64,000 nucleotides of DNA from an uncultured Fibrobacter sp. (GTDB lineage Bacteria; Fibrobacterota; Fibrobacteria; Fibrobacterales; Fibrobacteraceae). This document shows, piece after piece, positions 29,099 through 39,796 of the stretch. The stretch spans positions 51,545 through 115,544 of the forward strand of contig NZ_ONDD01000001.1 in the NCBI RefSeq assembly GCF_900316465.1, given 5' to 3'. Position numbers and translations under genes: made by a program. Each line of letters begins with the position of its first letter. The first letter of the stretch is position 1. The notes beneath the pieces were generated by a model. It searched no databases, was not told where the DNA came from, and saw nothing but the letters and a program-made list of their open reading frames with translations.

Positions 29099-32000
29099 TT
29101 ACTTGCATGTCGGTGTGCCGCCAACAAAATTCGCAGCAACATTATCTCCATTGAATTGAATGTACCATCCGCCATCTTTTTTCGTCAGCGGATCAAAATA
29201 TGACGACCAGTCAAACCAGCTATCACAGAAATCCGTGCCATTAACATTAACGCAAAGTCCTGCATACGCTCCAAGAAAAGTTCCTGCAGTCTTCGTAAAA
29301 TAGCATCCCTGCTTATTTGACCCATTCCATCCAGTTTTTATAACATTATCACATCCACTAGAACATGTACAATGACATTCACCCTCGTCATCCGTTTCCT
29401 CCTCATCGTCATCATCCGACACAAATGTCACGTTGAAATTGCAAGAGGTTGTTGCCGTACCACGAGTCAGCGTCAATGTATGTTCCACAGGACCACCCGT
29501 TCCATTAACGTTATAGAAAGAGATTGATCCACTAGTATAATTTGACCCAGAGCCATCTGTTGTTGCAGGCGAAATAGAATACGAGCAGCCGTCGCTACAA
29601 CCCGTAACAGACGGTGTTATGGAAATAGCCGTTCCCGGGTTTTGATTGGTAACTGCAGTCGAAGAACAAGAAAGTGTACTGGTGTCATCGTCATCGTCAT
29701 CATCGTCGTCATCGTTATCGCCACCATTATTGTTGTTGCCAGATCCGGCAATAGTCCAAGACGGCGAACAACTTGTAACAGCAACGCCATTCAGAGTCAT
29801 GTTAATATGATACGTGACATCCGAAGATTGCTGAGCGATCGTGGGCAAAGCAACGCTATAGCTCGTACCGGTTCCTGTTCCAGTCGGTGAGAAGCCGGCA
29901 ATTACATTTCCAAGCGCATCGGAAGCACCAAGCGCAACAGACCACGAACTTCCATCATTTGCAGGAACAATTGTCGCCGTAAATGATCCATTCGATATTG
30001 CACATTCCGACACGCTTGCCGGAGAAGCCGCCACCACATCAAAGCTGCCGCAATTCTTAGATTTTCCCATCGATTCAATGGTATAAGCATACGAAGTCGC
30101 GCTAAGCGCAGTCGCCGTGTTCACTGGAGGCGTCCACGTGTCACTGCTTCCTGACTGAGAACCTTCTGCCGTCGTAACAGGACTCGTCGACAGAGATAAC
30201 GTATATGGGCAACCTGTCGAAGGACAGTTCGCAATGGAATAGCTAAGAGTCGGAACCCCCTGTCCCTGAACAGCAGTTCCAGAAGCGACGCTGCAAGTAA
30301 TTTCTACCGGCGAATAGCTTGCCGTCGGAGAACACGTTACCACGTCATCAATCAAATTCTTTGCCGAAATGGTGAACGTGATTTCTTGAGTAGAATTATT
30401 CTCATTCAACCTTTCATAGAATCCGGCATCCGGTATAGTGAATACACCATCAGAGGGACACGTCAATTCAGCATGGTTCGTAACATCAATACTCGTGCTG
30501 TTAACAGAGATGGAACAGCCATTCTCCTTGGCACCGGCAATATTATTGATATTGGCGGTAACCACCCACGATGTTCCGTTATAGCGAGCAGAACAATTCG
30601 AAAGGCCCAAGGCATAAGGGCATGTCGTTCTTGCCGATTCAACCGTGAAACCGGCATCACCGACGACTACGATTGCCGTCACATGTTCCGGATCAAAACC
30701 ATCTGCATTCGACATAATTTCGACACTCAGAGAATGCTCCCCTTCATACGACAAAGTCGAAGGCAAACTCTTATGACCATTGACATCCTTCAGACTGACA
30801 ATCACCTGTCCACCGTTGCTCAAACCGGCGATTCTGATGAAGAACGTCGCTTCTCGCATGTTGATTCCATCTGTACTTATATCAATTGTATTTTCGCCAG
30901 CCGACGCATGATAGGTTTCGCTCAACAGGCTGCCGTAATTATTCGTACAAGGAATAAGTTCGCCAACCCAGAAGGATTCACAACTAATTGCACTTGTTCC
31001 CAAACTGGTAGACACCCCTGTCGGGCAAGTAACAGTCACCTTGGCATCCTTGTTTTCAGGGCCATGGGCGCCTTCTTCTGTAAAGTTATAAGTAGAGCTT
31101 GTCAACTTATATCCATAATTCGCGTCAGAGATCTGATTCGAAACGTTATCGCTTCCGTTATAGAAATAATCGGGAGTACAGTTGTTTTCGGTAAACCAGC
31201 TAGAAATATTCACCCACGGCGTTACATCTGTATTGATAGGTACAAGTCCACCAAGATAATTCGCCTTGAAGGAACAGTGAACCGTCGGTATATCCCAGCA
31301 ACCTTCACCCGGGTAAGAAGAGCTTTCCCATCCGATATCGTAAAGCGAGTAGGCATCATCTGACAGTTTCATGCCGACATACTTATTGTTCATCGAACTG
31401 TATCCAGAAACATCCATCGAAACCGTTTCAGTTTCGTCGCCAATAGTCACAACGATTGTGAGCATATTATCTTGCAGAATCAGCTGAACAACCGCACGAG
31501 TATTACTCGTGATAGTAAATTTTTTAGACATATACTCCCAACATCCGTTAGAGTTGTTTCTTCCTTGGCCATTATCTTTACAGACATGGAGAACCAAATC
31601 TTTATTCTTTGAACCATAAAGGCTGAATGTCGTATAGTCCGTCGCATCTTCATTAGAACGGAATATCAAGCCCGAGTTCAAGAAGATATTACTGCTACTA
31701 TTTTGCGCCATAGGAACAGTCATCAAGGCGCTCATCGTGCCATTCGGCCCAGCTTCCTTAGAACTCAAGATAACCGTCTGTCGACCATTACTACTGTTTT
31801 GGTTTCCGTTGCCAACATTTCCCTGTGAAATCGAGCCTTCGCTCGAATTTATAATCGGAGCCACATTTTCGTTTTTATTCGAATTTCCGTTACCATTATC
31901 CTTATTTTTATCCTTATCTTTTCCATTTCCGCCACCATTTCCATTACCGCTATTGCCATAAATCAGTTGCCATTCTTCTGAAATGGATCTCACAGAACAA

Positions 32001-35000
32001 GGCGGATTGGCACAGTTGGCAATACAATGAGTATTTGCACCCGTACAGAAGGCGGCCAAGCCAGCAAAATCTTCATAGAAGCAATGTTTATCCACATCGT
32101 TGAACGTTGCCGTCACCGTATTATTGCCTTGAATCTTTGGTATCGTATAAGACTCAGATGTATAGCCATCAGAAGAAGTGCAATCGGTCCCAGAGCAATG
32201 CCAATACGAGAACTTGTCACTCACATCGTTTTCGTACTCTACCTTTACAGCGTACCCAGCATAAACGCTGTAAGTACAAGACGCATCAGAGCAGACCTGG
32301 TCAGGAGTGTCAGAGAACGCTCCATTTGAACTGATAAACACATTCAGCTTGGTGTTATCCGAAATAGCACCCTTTTTACTCTCTTTATTGACGGTCAGCG
32401 AATAAACCTTGCGTTTCAGCGATGCATACAAGTCATAGGTTTGTTCATCTTCGGCCTGAGCAATCCTATTGTTGTCCACCGGAATAATCAATTCGCAGTA
32501 ATTAGGAACATTGGAGGCCCCGACAAGCGAAATAGCCATATTCGTTCCGCAAGTCCATGCGTTGTTCCTATTGCTCGATGTAGGATCTTTTATCTTACAG
32601 TTCAGGCCTTGGGCCTTGACCCATTCTCCCGTAACAAGGTCATCGCAGTCAGGCAAATTGACCTTGCTGGCATAGCCATTGTTCGCACAATCTTCAGCAT
32701 AGATTGTACAATACTGAGCAATAGATTTTCTTTCAATGTCGGCATAACCCGTCAAGAACACTTTTTCAATATTCGGAGTGCCAATCGTACAGCCTTCGCA
32801 AGGAGTTATCAACTGGAATACGACTTCACCTCTTGCCGCATCCGATGCCAGAGACACCGTAAACAAGGGCTTGTGTATTGTCGTCGTTGCCGAAGGAACA
32901 GCCGTCACCTTGTAGAGTCTGCCACTAGAATTGCCGCGCAATTCGACACCAGCCTGAGGCGTAACCGTCCAGCCACTCGGAATCGAAGAAACCAATACAT
33001 CCACCTCAATATTACCGTGGCTGAACTGAGGAATCTCCAGAGAAACCGTTGCAGGCGTTCCCGAATTCACTTCTGCTTCAGGATCGACAAAATGCACCGC
33101 AGGATCGAGGCCAGACAATCCATCGACCACCACATAGAACGGATTATCGCCATACTCGGTACTTCTATACTTACAGTTGTATATTCCCTTGGCGATTTTA
33201 TTTCCATCTTGATACAAGAGTCCCGTTGTATTAATGGAGCCCGAAGTACAGGTTACATTGGCCGGATTCTTAACCTCTGTAGCACCGTTCAAATTGACGA
33301 CATTATAGTAGTCGCTCAGTCGGCCCACAGGGTTCTGCGGCAAGTAAATCACACGCGGCAACACCAACACCGAGGCAGCAATCGTTTCGTAATGATCTGC
33401 CGCAGGATTCGCCTCTGTAGTCGCATGCTGAGACACCAAAGAAATTCCGAGCTGAGGAGCCGTTGCAATATGATAGGTGTCATAACCTTGAGGCGTTTCA
33501 GACGAAGCGCTTGTCGGTGTCGCGGCCGAAGAAGACGAGGTAACCGTTCCACCGCAAGGAACATCATCACTATTACAGATAACACCCGCATCCAATAGCG
33601 TCTGAACAACATCCGGGCTATAAGTAAGCGTAGCATCTTTCAAGTCAGCTTTAGCACAGGCCGTAGCCGGAGAATAAATGGTTCCGGTCAAGTTCAAATC
33701 AGCCGATTCGCCAATATCACCCAGGGTATAAATAAAGGTATTCTTTGCATCCTTCTGAATGTACCTTGCGCCTTTTTTCAGATAATAGAACACAAAGGCA
33801 TCGTCTGCAACATTGAGAAGACCATTCTGACCCGGCTGAAGGATATCTTCGACAACAATAATGTATTTACCCTTGAGCTCCAACGATTCTTGGGTATAGT
33901 TTCCATCTGTACTAGTCAAGTCAACGACAAGGAATCCATTGTACAAACGATCTTCATGTTCGGTTTCATTTTCAGTATAGCAATCATTAAGTGTCTTTGT
34001 AAAGCCCGACTGCGGCCAACTCGTGATATTGGCAGCGCAACCCAAACCTGCATAGCTGATAAACTCGTCGTAAGCAGTAATCAACGGATCGTTTACCACA
34101 AATTTAGAGCCCTCGCAACCATTTTCTTCTTTCCACAAGGCAAAACATTTTTCCTTTACTTCGTCTGCACAATTAAAGGGCTTAGAAGACACATTACGGG
34201 AAACCGTTCCCTGCGACGTGAACCAAGGCGACACTCCACATTCAGGGCGCCATGCAGTGCCATAGCCGCAATAGGGCGAGCCAGTGATTTCATGCCCTTT
34301 GTGGTTCAACAAGCGATAAAACTGTCCACCCGTTCCAGTAACATGAACCGCACCAGCAATATTTTCATTTGTATGAGACGAGTTGGTATATCGCGTATCT
34401 TGACTGTTTACAGAAGAATTGACAAAATATCCAAGAATGTCTTTATGCCAATGGGAATCTGTATAGGTGCCAAAGTCAACTGTCTTTGCACCATCCGGCA
34501 TATAATAGATATAATAAAGATCATCAGCAGCAGTATGTTGCACATACGGATGATAAACTTCATTAGACCAATAGTCGCTATTGCAAGCGTTATCAGAGCA
34601 CGATCTTGGCTTGTCCGTTGATTCAGTAAAATGAATACTATAAAGATTATCTACATAATCTTGAGATGGATAAGCAGTCTTTATATAAACCTTAGAATTT
34701 GTTTTGTTACCCAAGATAATCTTACTGGCATCACTATAGTTGTCACTGGTGGTGACTTTATTATAACTGCTACAAGAAATAAGATCCGCATCGCCAAAGG
34801 CACACGTACGCGTACCATCCTTTCTCACTTTTTTGGTCATAATCTGGTACCATTGTTGCTCATAAGTCGCATTCAGACGCTTTACTTTATTGCGATCAAG
34901 CCATGCCCCATTATCTGCTGCACCGCAATGGCCCGTAAGCTTAACCGTTTCACAGGTTTTTGTGCGCCAATCGTCATTTCTACAAGCGCCAGCAGCCAAT

Positions 35001-36079
35001 TCACCGCCCGCTTCACAAGTACATTCCTTGTAATAGCACTCGTATTCAACATTAGCACATGTACATGCATTAGCAGGAGCATCTATATTTCCATACCACA
35101 GGTTATTATTGCCCGGCATCCAGACATTTCCTTCGACTCGGAACACATCACTTGTTCCGCTGGAAACGACCATCGCATTTTCTGAAAGGCACAAATCCTT
35201 CTCGATAACGATTGCCCTATCAGACGCACTCTGGTTCGTTATCAAAGTTCCATTCACCGTTGCACTTCCGGCAATATTAATAGAACCGGTTCCACCATGT
35301 TGGACCTTTCCTTCAAAGTAAACATCGCCCGCGGCATCTTTTAAAAGGCCATCAAAATTTCCACCCACATACAGTTCTTTGGTAGAAAAGCCATTGTTTT
35401 CAGAAGATACATTTCCGCCTACACATGTCGTACCTCCGACATTTATGTTATTACCGCTGAGAGAAACATTACCTGTCACCACCCAGTTCTTAGTCACCAC
35501 CGGAGGGTTTCCGTTCCAGTCGCCATTTACCGCAGCCGATGTCACCACCACCTGTGTTGAATGGAAACCGCCGCCATAATATGCGTAATCAAAATCCGTC
35601 GTACTGCTGTGTTTCTTTCCGGGCACCTTCACCTGATACAATCCGGTCACATTCAAAATGGCGACTTCACTATGTCTTGTGCCATTACGGGCTTGACCTG
35701 CAGACAAGATTTCCAGCTTGTAGACATTGTTTTCGGTCTTTACGCCAGTCAGCCAGACATCGTAAGTTTGCCCAGCCTTTGCCAGAGGACGCAATACAGA
35801 AGTCAACTGAATGGGCTTATTCGAATTTTCGAAAAACTGGCCAACGATACCACCCACATCATTAGCATGGTAAGTCATCCAGGCGCGGGCATTTTCGATA
35901 CCCGCAAGAGAGCTCTGGTAAGCTTCGCGCTGCAACATACGGCTAGCGCTCGACCTACTTTCACTCGTAATCCATTTCCATGTAGCCGTTGCAGCAATAG
36001 TTGCAATCAGCATAAACAGCAAAACTGTAATTAAAGAAACGCCTGCTTTAGCAGCAATCTTTCGTTGGTCAAAAAACAT
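29099..36079 (-). CDS. Giant PilX-like minor pilin fused to a multi-domain Cys-rich adhesin (2326 aa)
   Basis: Class III leader KAG|VSLITVLLFMLIATIA with no Glu5; AYQSSLAGIE helix and LEILSAG strand typical of PilX N-termini; fourth gene of a pilin operon. Confidence 0.8.
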   Translation of the reverse strand: MFFDQRKIAAKAGVSLITVLLFMLIATIAATATWKWITSESRSSASRMLQREAYQSSLAGIENARAWMTYHANDVGGIVGQFFENSNKPIQLTSVLRPLAKAGQTYDVWLTGVKTENNVYKLEILSAGQARNGTRHSEVAILNVTGLYQVKVPGKKHSSTTDFDYAYYGGGFHSTQVVVTSAAVNGDWNGNPPVVTKNWVVTGNVSLSGNNINVGGTTCVGGNVSSENNGFSTKELYVGGNFDGLLKDAAGDVYFEGKVQHGGTGSINIAGSATVNGTLITNQSASDRAIVIEKDLCLSENAMVVSSGTSDVFRVEGNVWMPGNNNLWYGNIDAPANACTCANVEYECYYKECTCEAGGELAAGACRNDDWRTKTCETVKLTGHCGAADNGAWLDRNKVKRLNATYEQQWYQIMTKKVRKDGTRTCAFGDADLISCSSYNKVTTSDNYSDASKIILGNKTNSKVYIKTAYPSQDYVDNLYSIHFTESTDKPRSCSDNACNSDYWSNEVYHPYVQHTAADDLYYIYYMPDGAKTVDFGTYTDSHWHKDILGYFVNSSVNSQDTRYTNSSHTNENIAGAVHVTGTGGQFYRLLNHKGHEITGSPYCGYGTAWRPECGVSPWFTSQGTVSRNVSSKPFNCADEVKEKCFALWKEENGCEGSKFVVNDPLITAYDEFISYAGLGCAANITSWPQSGFTKTLNDCYTENETEHEDRLYNGFLVVDLTSTDGNYTQESLELKGKYIIVVEDILQPGQNGLLNVADDAFVFYYLKKGARYIQKDAKNTFIYTLGDIGESADLNLTGTIYSPATACAKADLKDATLTYSPDVVQTLLDAGVICNSDDVPCGGTVTSSSSAATPTSASSETPQGYDTYHIATAPQLGISLVSQHATTEANPAADHYETIAASVLVLPRVIYLPQNPVGRLSDYYNVVNLNGATEVKNPANVTCTSGSINTTGLLYQDGNKIAKGIYNCKYRSTEYGDNPFYVVVDGLSGLDPAVHFVDPEAEVNSGTPATVSLEIPQFSHGNIEVDVLVSSIPSGWTVTPQAGVELRGNSSGRLYKVTAVPSATTTIHKPLFTVSLASDAARGEVVFQLITPCEGCTIGTPNIEKVFLTGYADIERKSIAQYCTIYAEDCANNGYASKVNLPDCDDLVTGEWVKAQGLNCKIKDPTSSNRNNAWTCGTNMAISLVGASNVPNYCELIIPVDNNRIAQAEDEQTYDLYASLKRKVYSLTVNKESKKGAISDNTKLNVFISSNGAFSDTPDQVCSDASCTYSVYAGYAVKVEYENDVSDKFSYWHCSGTDCTSSDGYTSESYTIPKIQGNNTVTATFNDVDKHCFYEDFAGLAAFCTGANTHCIANCANPPCSVRSISEEWQLIYGNSGNGNGGGNGKDKDKNKDNGNGNSNKNENVAPIINSSEGSISQGNVGNGNQNSSNGRQTVILSSKEAGPNGTMSALMTVPMAQNSSSNIFLNSGLIFRSNEDATDYTTFSLYGSKNKDLVLHVCKDNGQGRNNSNGCWEYMSKKFTITSNTRAVVQLILQDNMLTIVVTIGDETETVSMDVSGYSSMNNKYVGMKLSDDAYSLYDIGWESSSYPGEGCWDIPTVHCSFKANYLGGLVPINTDVTPWVNISSWFTENNCTPDYFYNGSDNVSNQISDANYGYKLTSSTYNFTEEGAHGPENKDAKVTVTCPTGVSTSLGTSAISCESFWVGELIPCTNNYGSLLSETYHASAGENTIDISTDGINMREATFFIRIAGLSNGGQVIVSLKDVNGHKSLPSTLSYEGEHSLSVEIMSNADGFDPEHVTAIVVVGDAGFTVESARTTCPYALGLSNCSARYNGTSWVVTANINNIAGAKENGCSISVNSTSIDVTNHAELTCPSDGVFTIPDAGFYERLNENNSTQEITFTISAKNLIDDVVTCSPTASYSPVEITCSVASGTAVQGQGVPTLSYSIANCPSTGCPYTLSLSTSPVTTAEGSQSGSSDTWTPPVNTATALSATSYAYTIESMGKSKNCGSFDVVAASPASVSECAISNGSFTATIVPANDGSSWSVALGASDALGNVIAGFSPTGTGTGTSYSVALPTIAQQSSDVTYHINMTLNGVAVTSCSPSWTIAGSGNNNNGGDNDDDDDDDDDDTSTLSCSSTAVTNQNPGTAISITPSVTGCSDGCSYSISPATTDGSGSNYTSGSISFYNVNGTGGPVEHTLTLTRGTATTSCNFNVTFVSDDDDEEETDDEGECHCTCSSGCDNVIKTGWNGSNKQGCYFTKTAGTFLGAYAGLCVNVNGTDFCDSWFDWSSYFDPLTKKDGGWYIQFNGDNVAANFVGGTPTCK

Positions 36080-36088
36080 ATACTCCTC

Positions 36089-37390
36089 CTAGTCTCTGGG
36101 ACCATTACTTGGAGTGGGTACAATCAAGGTAACGTCACCCGTTTCGCCACGGCCATCGCCGTGAGCGCCGCGACTAACGCTCATCCTCAATCGAAAAGCT
36201 TTAACATTTTTCTTTTCAGAAACAGCAATAGTGGATGCGACGAACTTATAGTTAGAGCTTTCTACCTTCTTAAACACGACATCATTAAACTGGATTTTTC
36301 CACTTGCCGCCACAGGCGAATAAGTGGAGAACGTAAAAGCAATACAAACATCGTTAACCGCTTCCTTGACCGAGAATCGCATGGTACGCTTACCAGCAGA
36401 GGCACCGCTCATTGTCGGCGGGAAGAAAAGGAAGTCATTGATTTGGGCCGGACGCTTACCGTCAGCAATTTTTCTGAACCCGACAGACATGTGGTCTCGT
36501 CCAGGAACAAACATTCGGCTAACGTCATCGCTTGCAAAGGGCATCGAGAACGAAAGTTCATATTCCACATCGGGCTGTAACGAGAACCTGGAACATTGCG
36601 CATTCCAAACGGCCGTTGTAGAATTCTTTTCGCCCAAGAACACCTGGTTACCAAGTTTCTGGTTCAGCAGCGGTGCCTCATTTTCAAAATCGTAATTAGT
36701 GGCAAAGCCAGTCAGGGCAACGCTTGTTCCTCCTTCTACAGGAGTCACCGTCAAGAACAAGAAATCGCCTTCGCCATATCTTGGAATCAACTTGAATTCC
36801 TTATTTTCTGTAGCAGGGGGAACTGCAGGAGCCGGGAATATAACCGCTGCCGCAGAGGTCGCCCCCGGAGTAGCCGGCATGACCTTGAAGGTATCTACTC
36901 CCGTAGCCATTTCAACCGTTGACGGTTCATCGTTCGGGCACGAACTTGACGCAGTACCTTCGACGGTCTTGCAAGAACGATAGAGCGTTTTGCCTTCCGT
37001 TTTCCAGACCACAGAATCCACCGCCTCGTAAGCGCCAGCATCGGTATAGCGGACTCGCTTGAACGTCAACATGTCATGGGCAGCATCAATAGCCGTAACT
37101 GCATAAGAAGAAGAATCCTTCAAATCGTTATCGCTATTCGTAGGATCCATATACACACGCGGATACAGCCCATAGGTAGTCACATCCAAAGAAGCTTTTG
37201 CCCCAAGCTGAGCCGCATCTTCCTTAAAAAGCGTTCCGACATTTTCAGCTTCTTGCGATGCCTTCAACATGTTCTGGGTACGTACGCGGAACTTGGTCGA
37301 ATTGCTAAAAGCCTCACCGGCAATCAGCACGATGATACCAAGAATGGCCATATAGACCAACAATTCCATGAGGGTAAAACCGCGTTTCAT
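36089..37390 (-). CDS. PilW/PulJ-like minor pilin (433 aa)
   Basis: MKRG|FTLMELLVYMAILGII prepilin motif with Glu5; start overlaps the upstream stop (ATGA). Confidence 0.85.
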   Translation of the reverse strand: MKRGFTLMELLVYMAILGIIVLIAGEAFSNSTKFRVRTQNMLKASQEAENVGTLFKEDAAQLGAKASLDVTTYGLYPRVYMDPTNSDNDLKDSSSYAVTAIDAAHDMLTFKRVRYTDAGAYEAVDSVVWKTEGKTLYRSCKTVEGTASSSCPNDEPSTVEMATGVDTFKVMPATPGATSAAAVIFPAPAVPPATENKEFKLIPRYGEGDFLFLTVTPVEGGTSVALTGFATNYDFENEAPLLNQKLGNQVFLGEKNSTTAVWNAQCSRFSLQPDVEYELSFSMPFASDDVSRMFVPGRDHMSVGFRKIADGKRPAQINDFLFFPPTMSGASAGKRTMRFSVKEAVNDVCIAFTFSTYSPVAASGKIQFNDVVFKKVESSNYKFVASTIAVSEKKNVKAFRLRMSVSRGAHGDGRGETGDVTLIVPTPSNGPRD

Positions 37391-37953
37391 CTGATTACCC
37401 CAGAAATCGTGATAGACTGCGTTGAGTTTTTAAAATCCCAGTTGACCTTGACATCAAGGCGTTTGGCATAAACGTGTGCCACCGTTTTTTCAGAAGTTTC
37501 GGTAGCATTCTCTGAATACTGGGTCTGATTGCTCGACAAATAATCGGCATCAGACGACACGGTTACCACGGCCTTGTATTCAACCTTCATTTTGTTGGGT
37601 AGAATTCCAGGCTGTCCGTCCCATTCACGAATCACCTTGATGGTATCGGGCTCCAAGGCTCCTGCGCCACCTGTTTTTGCCAAGGTCAGGCAACCGGCGC
37701 CACAAGAAACAAGTTTGTCGTCAGACAATTCAGCAATGCCCCTTGCGCTCAAGGTGTCGATAATCTGCTGGGCCACTTCGGTCGCACCGTCGCGACCACG
37801 AATACGGAGAAGGGCGTCACGATTGCCACTCTGCAAATTCATGACAGCCATATACAAAAAGCCGAGCACGGCAGCAGCGATTAGCACCTCTGCTATACCA
37901 AAGCCGCGCTTGCCCTGCGGGCGCAACTTTCCATATAAAGTTTTGTCCAACAT
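37387..37953 (-). CDS. PilV/PulI-like minor pilin
   Basis: KRG|FGIAEVLIAAAVLG with Glu5; C-terminal KRLDVKVNW strand; GGAG RBS before ATG 37953. Confidence 0.8.
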   Translation of the reverse strand: MLDKTLYGKLRPQGKRGFGIAEVLIAAAVLGFLYMAVMNLQSGNRDALLRIRGRDGATEVAQQIIDTLSARGIAELSDDKLVSCGAGCLTLAKTGGAGALEPDTIKVIREWDGQPGILPNKMKVEYKAVVTVSSDADYLSSNQTQYSENATETSEKTVAHVYAKRLDVKVNWDFKNSTQSITISGVIR

Positions 37954-37975
37954 CCGTACTCCACCCAAAAAAAGA

Positions 37976-38554
37976 CTACAAGTCCATCCAATCTGCTCCG
38001 TTTGCAGTCACATCGTTTCCGATTTTCCACTGCGGACGAACAGAATTGGACGTTTTAAGCTTTCTCGCCGCGCCAAAAAGTTGATCATTGCCATGCTGAA
38101 TGCAAATAGCCCCTTCAACCGGTACAGCGGAAAGACCCGTTTTCGGTTTAAAGAAGCGCTTGTCCACTTCGCCAGTAGTCAACAAATCAGGAACACCTGC
38201 CGGCATGCCGCAAGCGGACATTGTCGTAAACTTATTCGGGTAATCAATCACCAAAGAATCGATACGCGTTCCGTGGCATTCTGTCTTGGAATCCACCTTG
38301 TAAACAAGAATTTTTTGATCGCCACTCTTGGCTAGACAAATTTCGGCAGACATGCGGATTGCTTCATTACCCACTCGTTCAATAAAAGCGGACGTATTGA
38401 CAGCAGCATCTTTAATGCGGGCATTCGCAACAGCTCGCTGCAGACCTACAACACCCATCGTCGAAAGAATGCCCATGATAACGACAACCACCAGGACTTC
38501 GACTAGGGTATAACCCGCCTTTTTTGCGCAAGTTTTTTGCTTAGCAAACAGCAT
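37976..38554 (-). CDS. FimT/FimU-like pilin
   Basis: KKAG|YTLVEVLVVVVIMGIL prepilin motif with Glu5; paired Cys. Confidence 0.85.
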   Translation of the reverse strand: MLFAKQKTCAKKAGYTLVEVLVVVVIMGILSTMGVVGLQRAVANARIKDAAVNTSAFIERVGNEAIRMSAEICLAKSGDQKILVYKVDSKTECHGTRIDSLVIDYPNKFTTMSACGMPAGVPDLLTTGEVDKRFFKPKTGLSAVPVEGAICIQHGNDQLFGAARKLKTSNSVRPQWKIGNDVTANGADWMDL

Positions 38555-38780
38555 AATCCTACCTTACATAACCTCAGTTAAAGAACAAAAATGGGTTCTT
38601 TGGGTTGCCAAAAATAAGCTTTTTCAGCAGTCCAATTTTAAAATAACTTATTTTTTTACAAAACGTTCGTAAAAATAAGCAAAGTGGCGAAATAACGTAA
38701 ATTTCGCCATATTTTTGTAAACTTTCAATAAGAAACGTGTTTATTCTCACGTTTCAAAGGAAAATAAGTTTTTTGCAAGT

Positions 38781-39650
38781 TTATTTGGTGTAGTAGCTTA
38801 TGCCACCCGTTGTGCCCCAATGCCAGCCGGGGAGCTCGCCAACGATATTGGAGGCGCCCAAACGGACTTCCCAATGTTCATTTATGCGGTAGCCGGCAGT
38901 AACGTATTCTGTTACGACAAGCGGGAAGTCGAATTCAGACACCGTGCCACTCGATCTAGAAACATTGTCGTCATCATCTCCAGGATACGAGGGGTCAGGC
39001 CGATATACGTTTACCGAGAAATTCAGCGAGAAGGGGCCATAATAGGCACTGGCGTACCCGCCATAGGTAACGACCGTTCCCATGCCATTTGATGATTCAA
39101 ACGGGTATTTGTCTAGATGGTCCGCACCAAAGAAGGTATCGCAATCGTATGATGTTCCCGAATAATTGAATTTGCGGAAGTACATCCACATACCTAGCGA
39201 GCCACCCACTTCAAAATACTTGGTGTTTATGCCTAAAAGAAGACTGCTGTACAATCCTTTATTGAGAGCAAAAGTAAGGCCCCAAAGGAAGAGATCTTTT
39301 TTGCTGATGTAATCTAAAGAAGCTTCTACGTACGGGTACATCATTTTGTAGGTACCGTCTACTTTTTCTTTAACTTCTTCGGATTTAAAATCCTTGCACT
39401 TGTTAAGATCGCTACAGCCGCTCAAGCTGTTTCTGAGGCCGTGAAGTCGTTCCTTATCTTGCGGGCCAGCGTGCACATTTGCAGACAGGCGAACGTTAGC
39501 CGTATTAGGTTCTTTATAGTTACCCGCACCGCGGATTTCGGGAGCAGCGGGAGTTTCCATTTCAAAGGCTTCTACATGGGCATAATGGCTCGTATAACCA
39601 CAGCCTACGAGAAAGATAGAACTTAGCAGAAGGACGCATAAATGTTTCAT
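38781..39650 (-). CDS. Hypothetical lipoprotein, possibly with a beta-barrel C-terminal part
   Basis: Lipobox LVG-C; GGAG RBS; aromatic amphipathic strands. Confidence 0.7.
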   Translation of the reverse strand: MKHLCVLLLSSIFLVGCGYTSHYAHVEAFEMETPAAPEIRGAGNYKEPNTANVRLSANVHAGPQDKERLHGLRNSLSGCSDLNKCKDFKSEEVKEKVDGTYKMMYPYVEASLDYISKKDLFLWGLTFALNKGLYSSLLLGINTKYFEVGGSLGMWMYFRKFNYSGTSYDCDTFFGADHLDKYPFESSNGMGTVVTYGGYASAYYGPFSLNFSVNVYRPDPSYPGDDDDNVSRSSGTVSEFDFPLVVTEYVTAGYRINEHWEVRLGASNIVGELPGWHWGTTGGISYYTK

Positions 39651-39737
39651 ACTCCATTAAAGATAAATTCATTTTGAGCAAAAAAGACAAAAAATTGCGA
39701 TTTTTGCGACAACTTGTAAAAAAAGGTGATTAAAGAC

Positions 39738-39770
39738 AAAAAAGGCCCCGCTACTTTTAGGTAGCGGGGC
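39738..39770 (-). terminator. ileS terminator
   Basis: GCCCCGCTAC-tttttag-like loop-GTAGCGGGGC hairpin with an A-run on its left. Confidence 0.75.
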
Positions 39771-39796
39771 GATTCCGACCAACGCCGGGAAAACAG

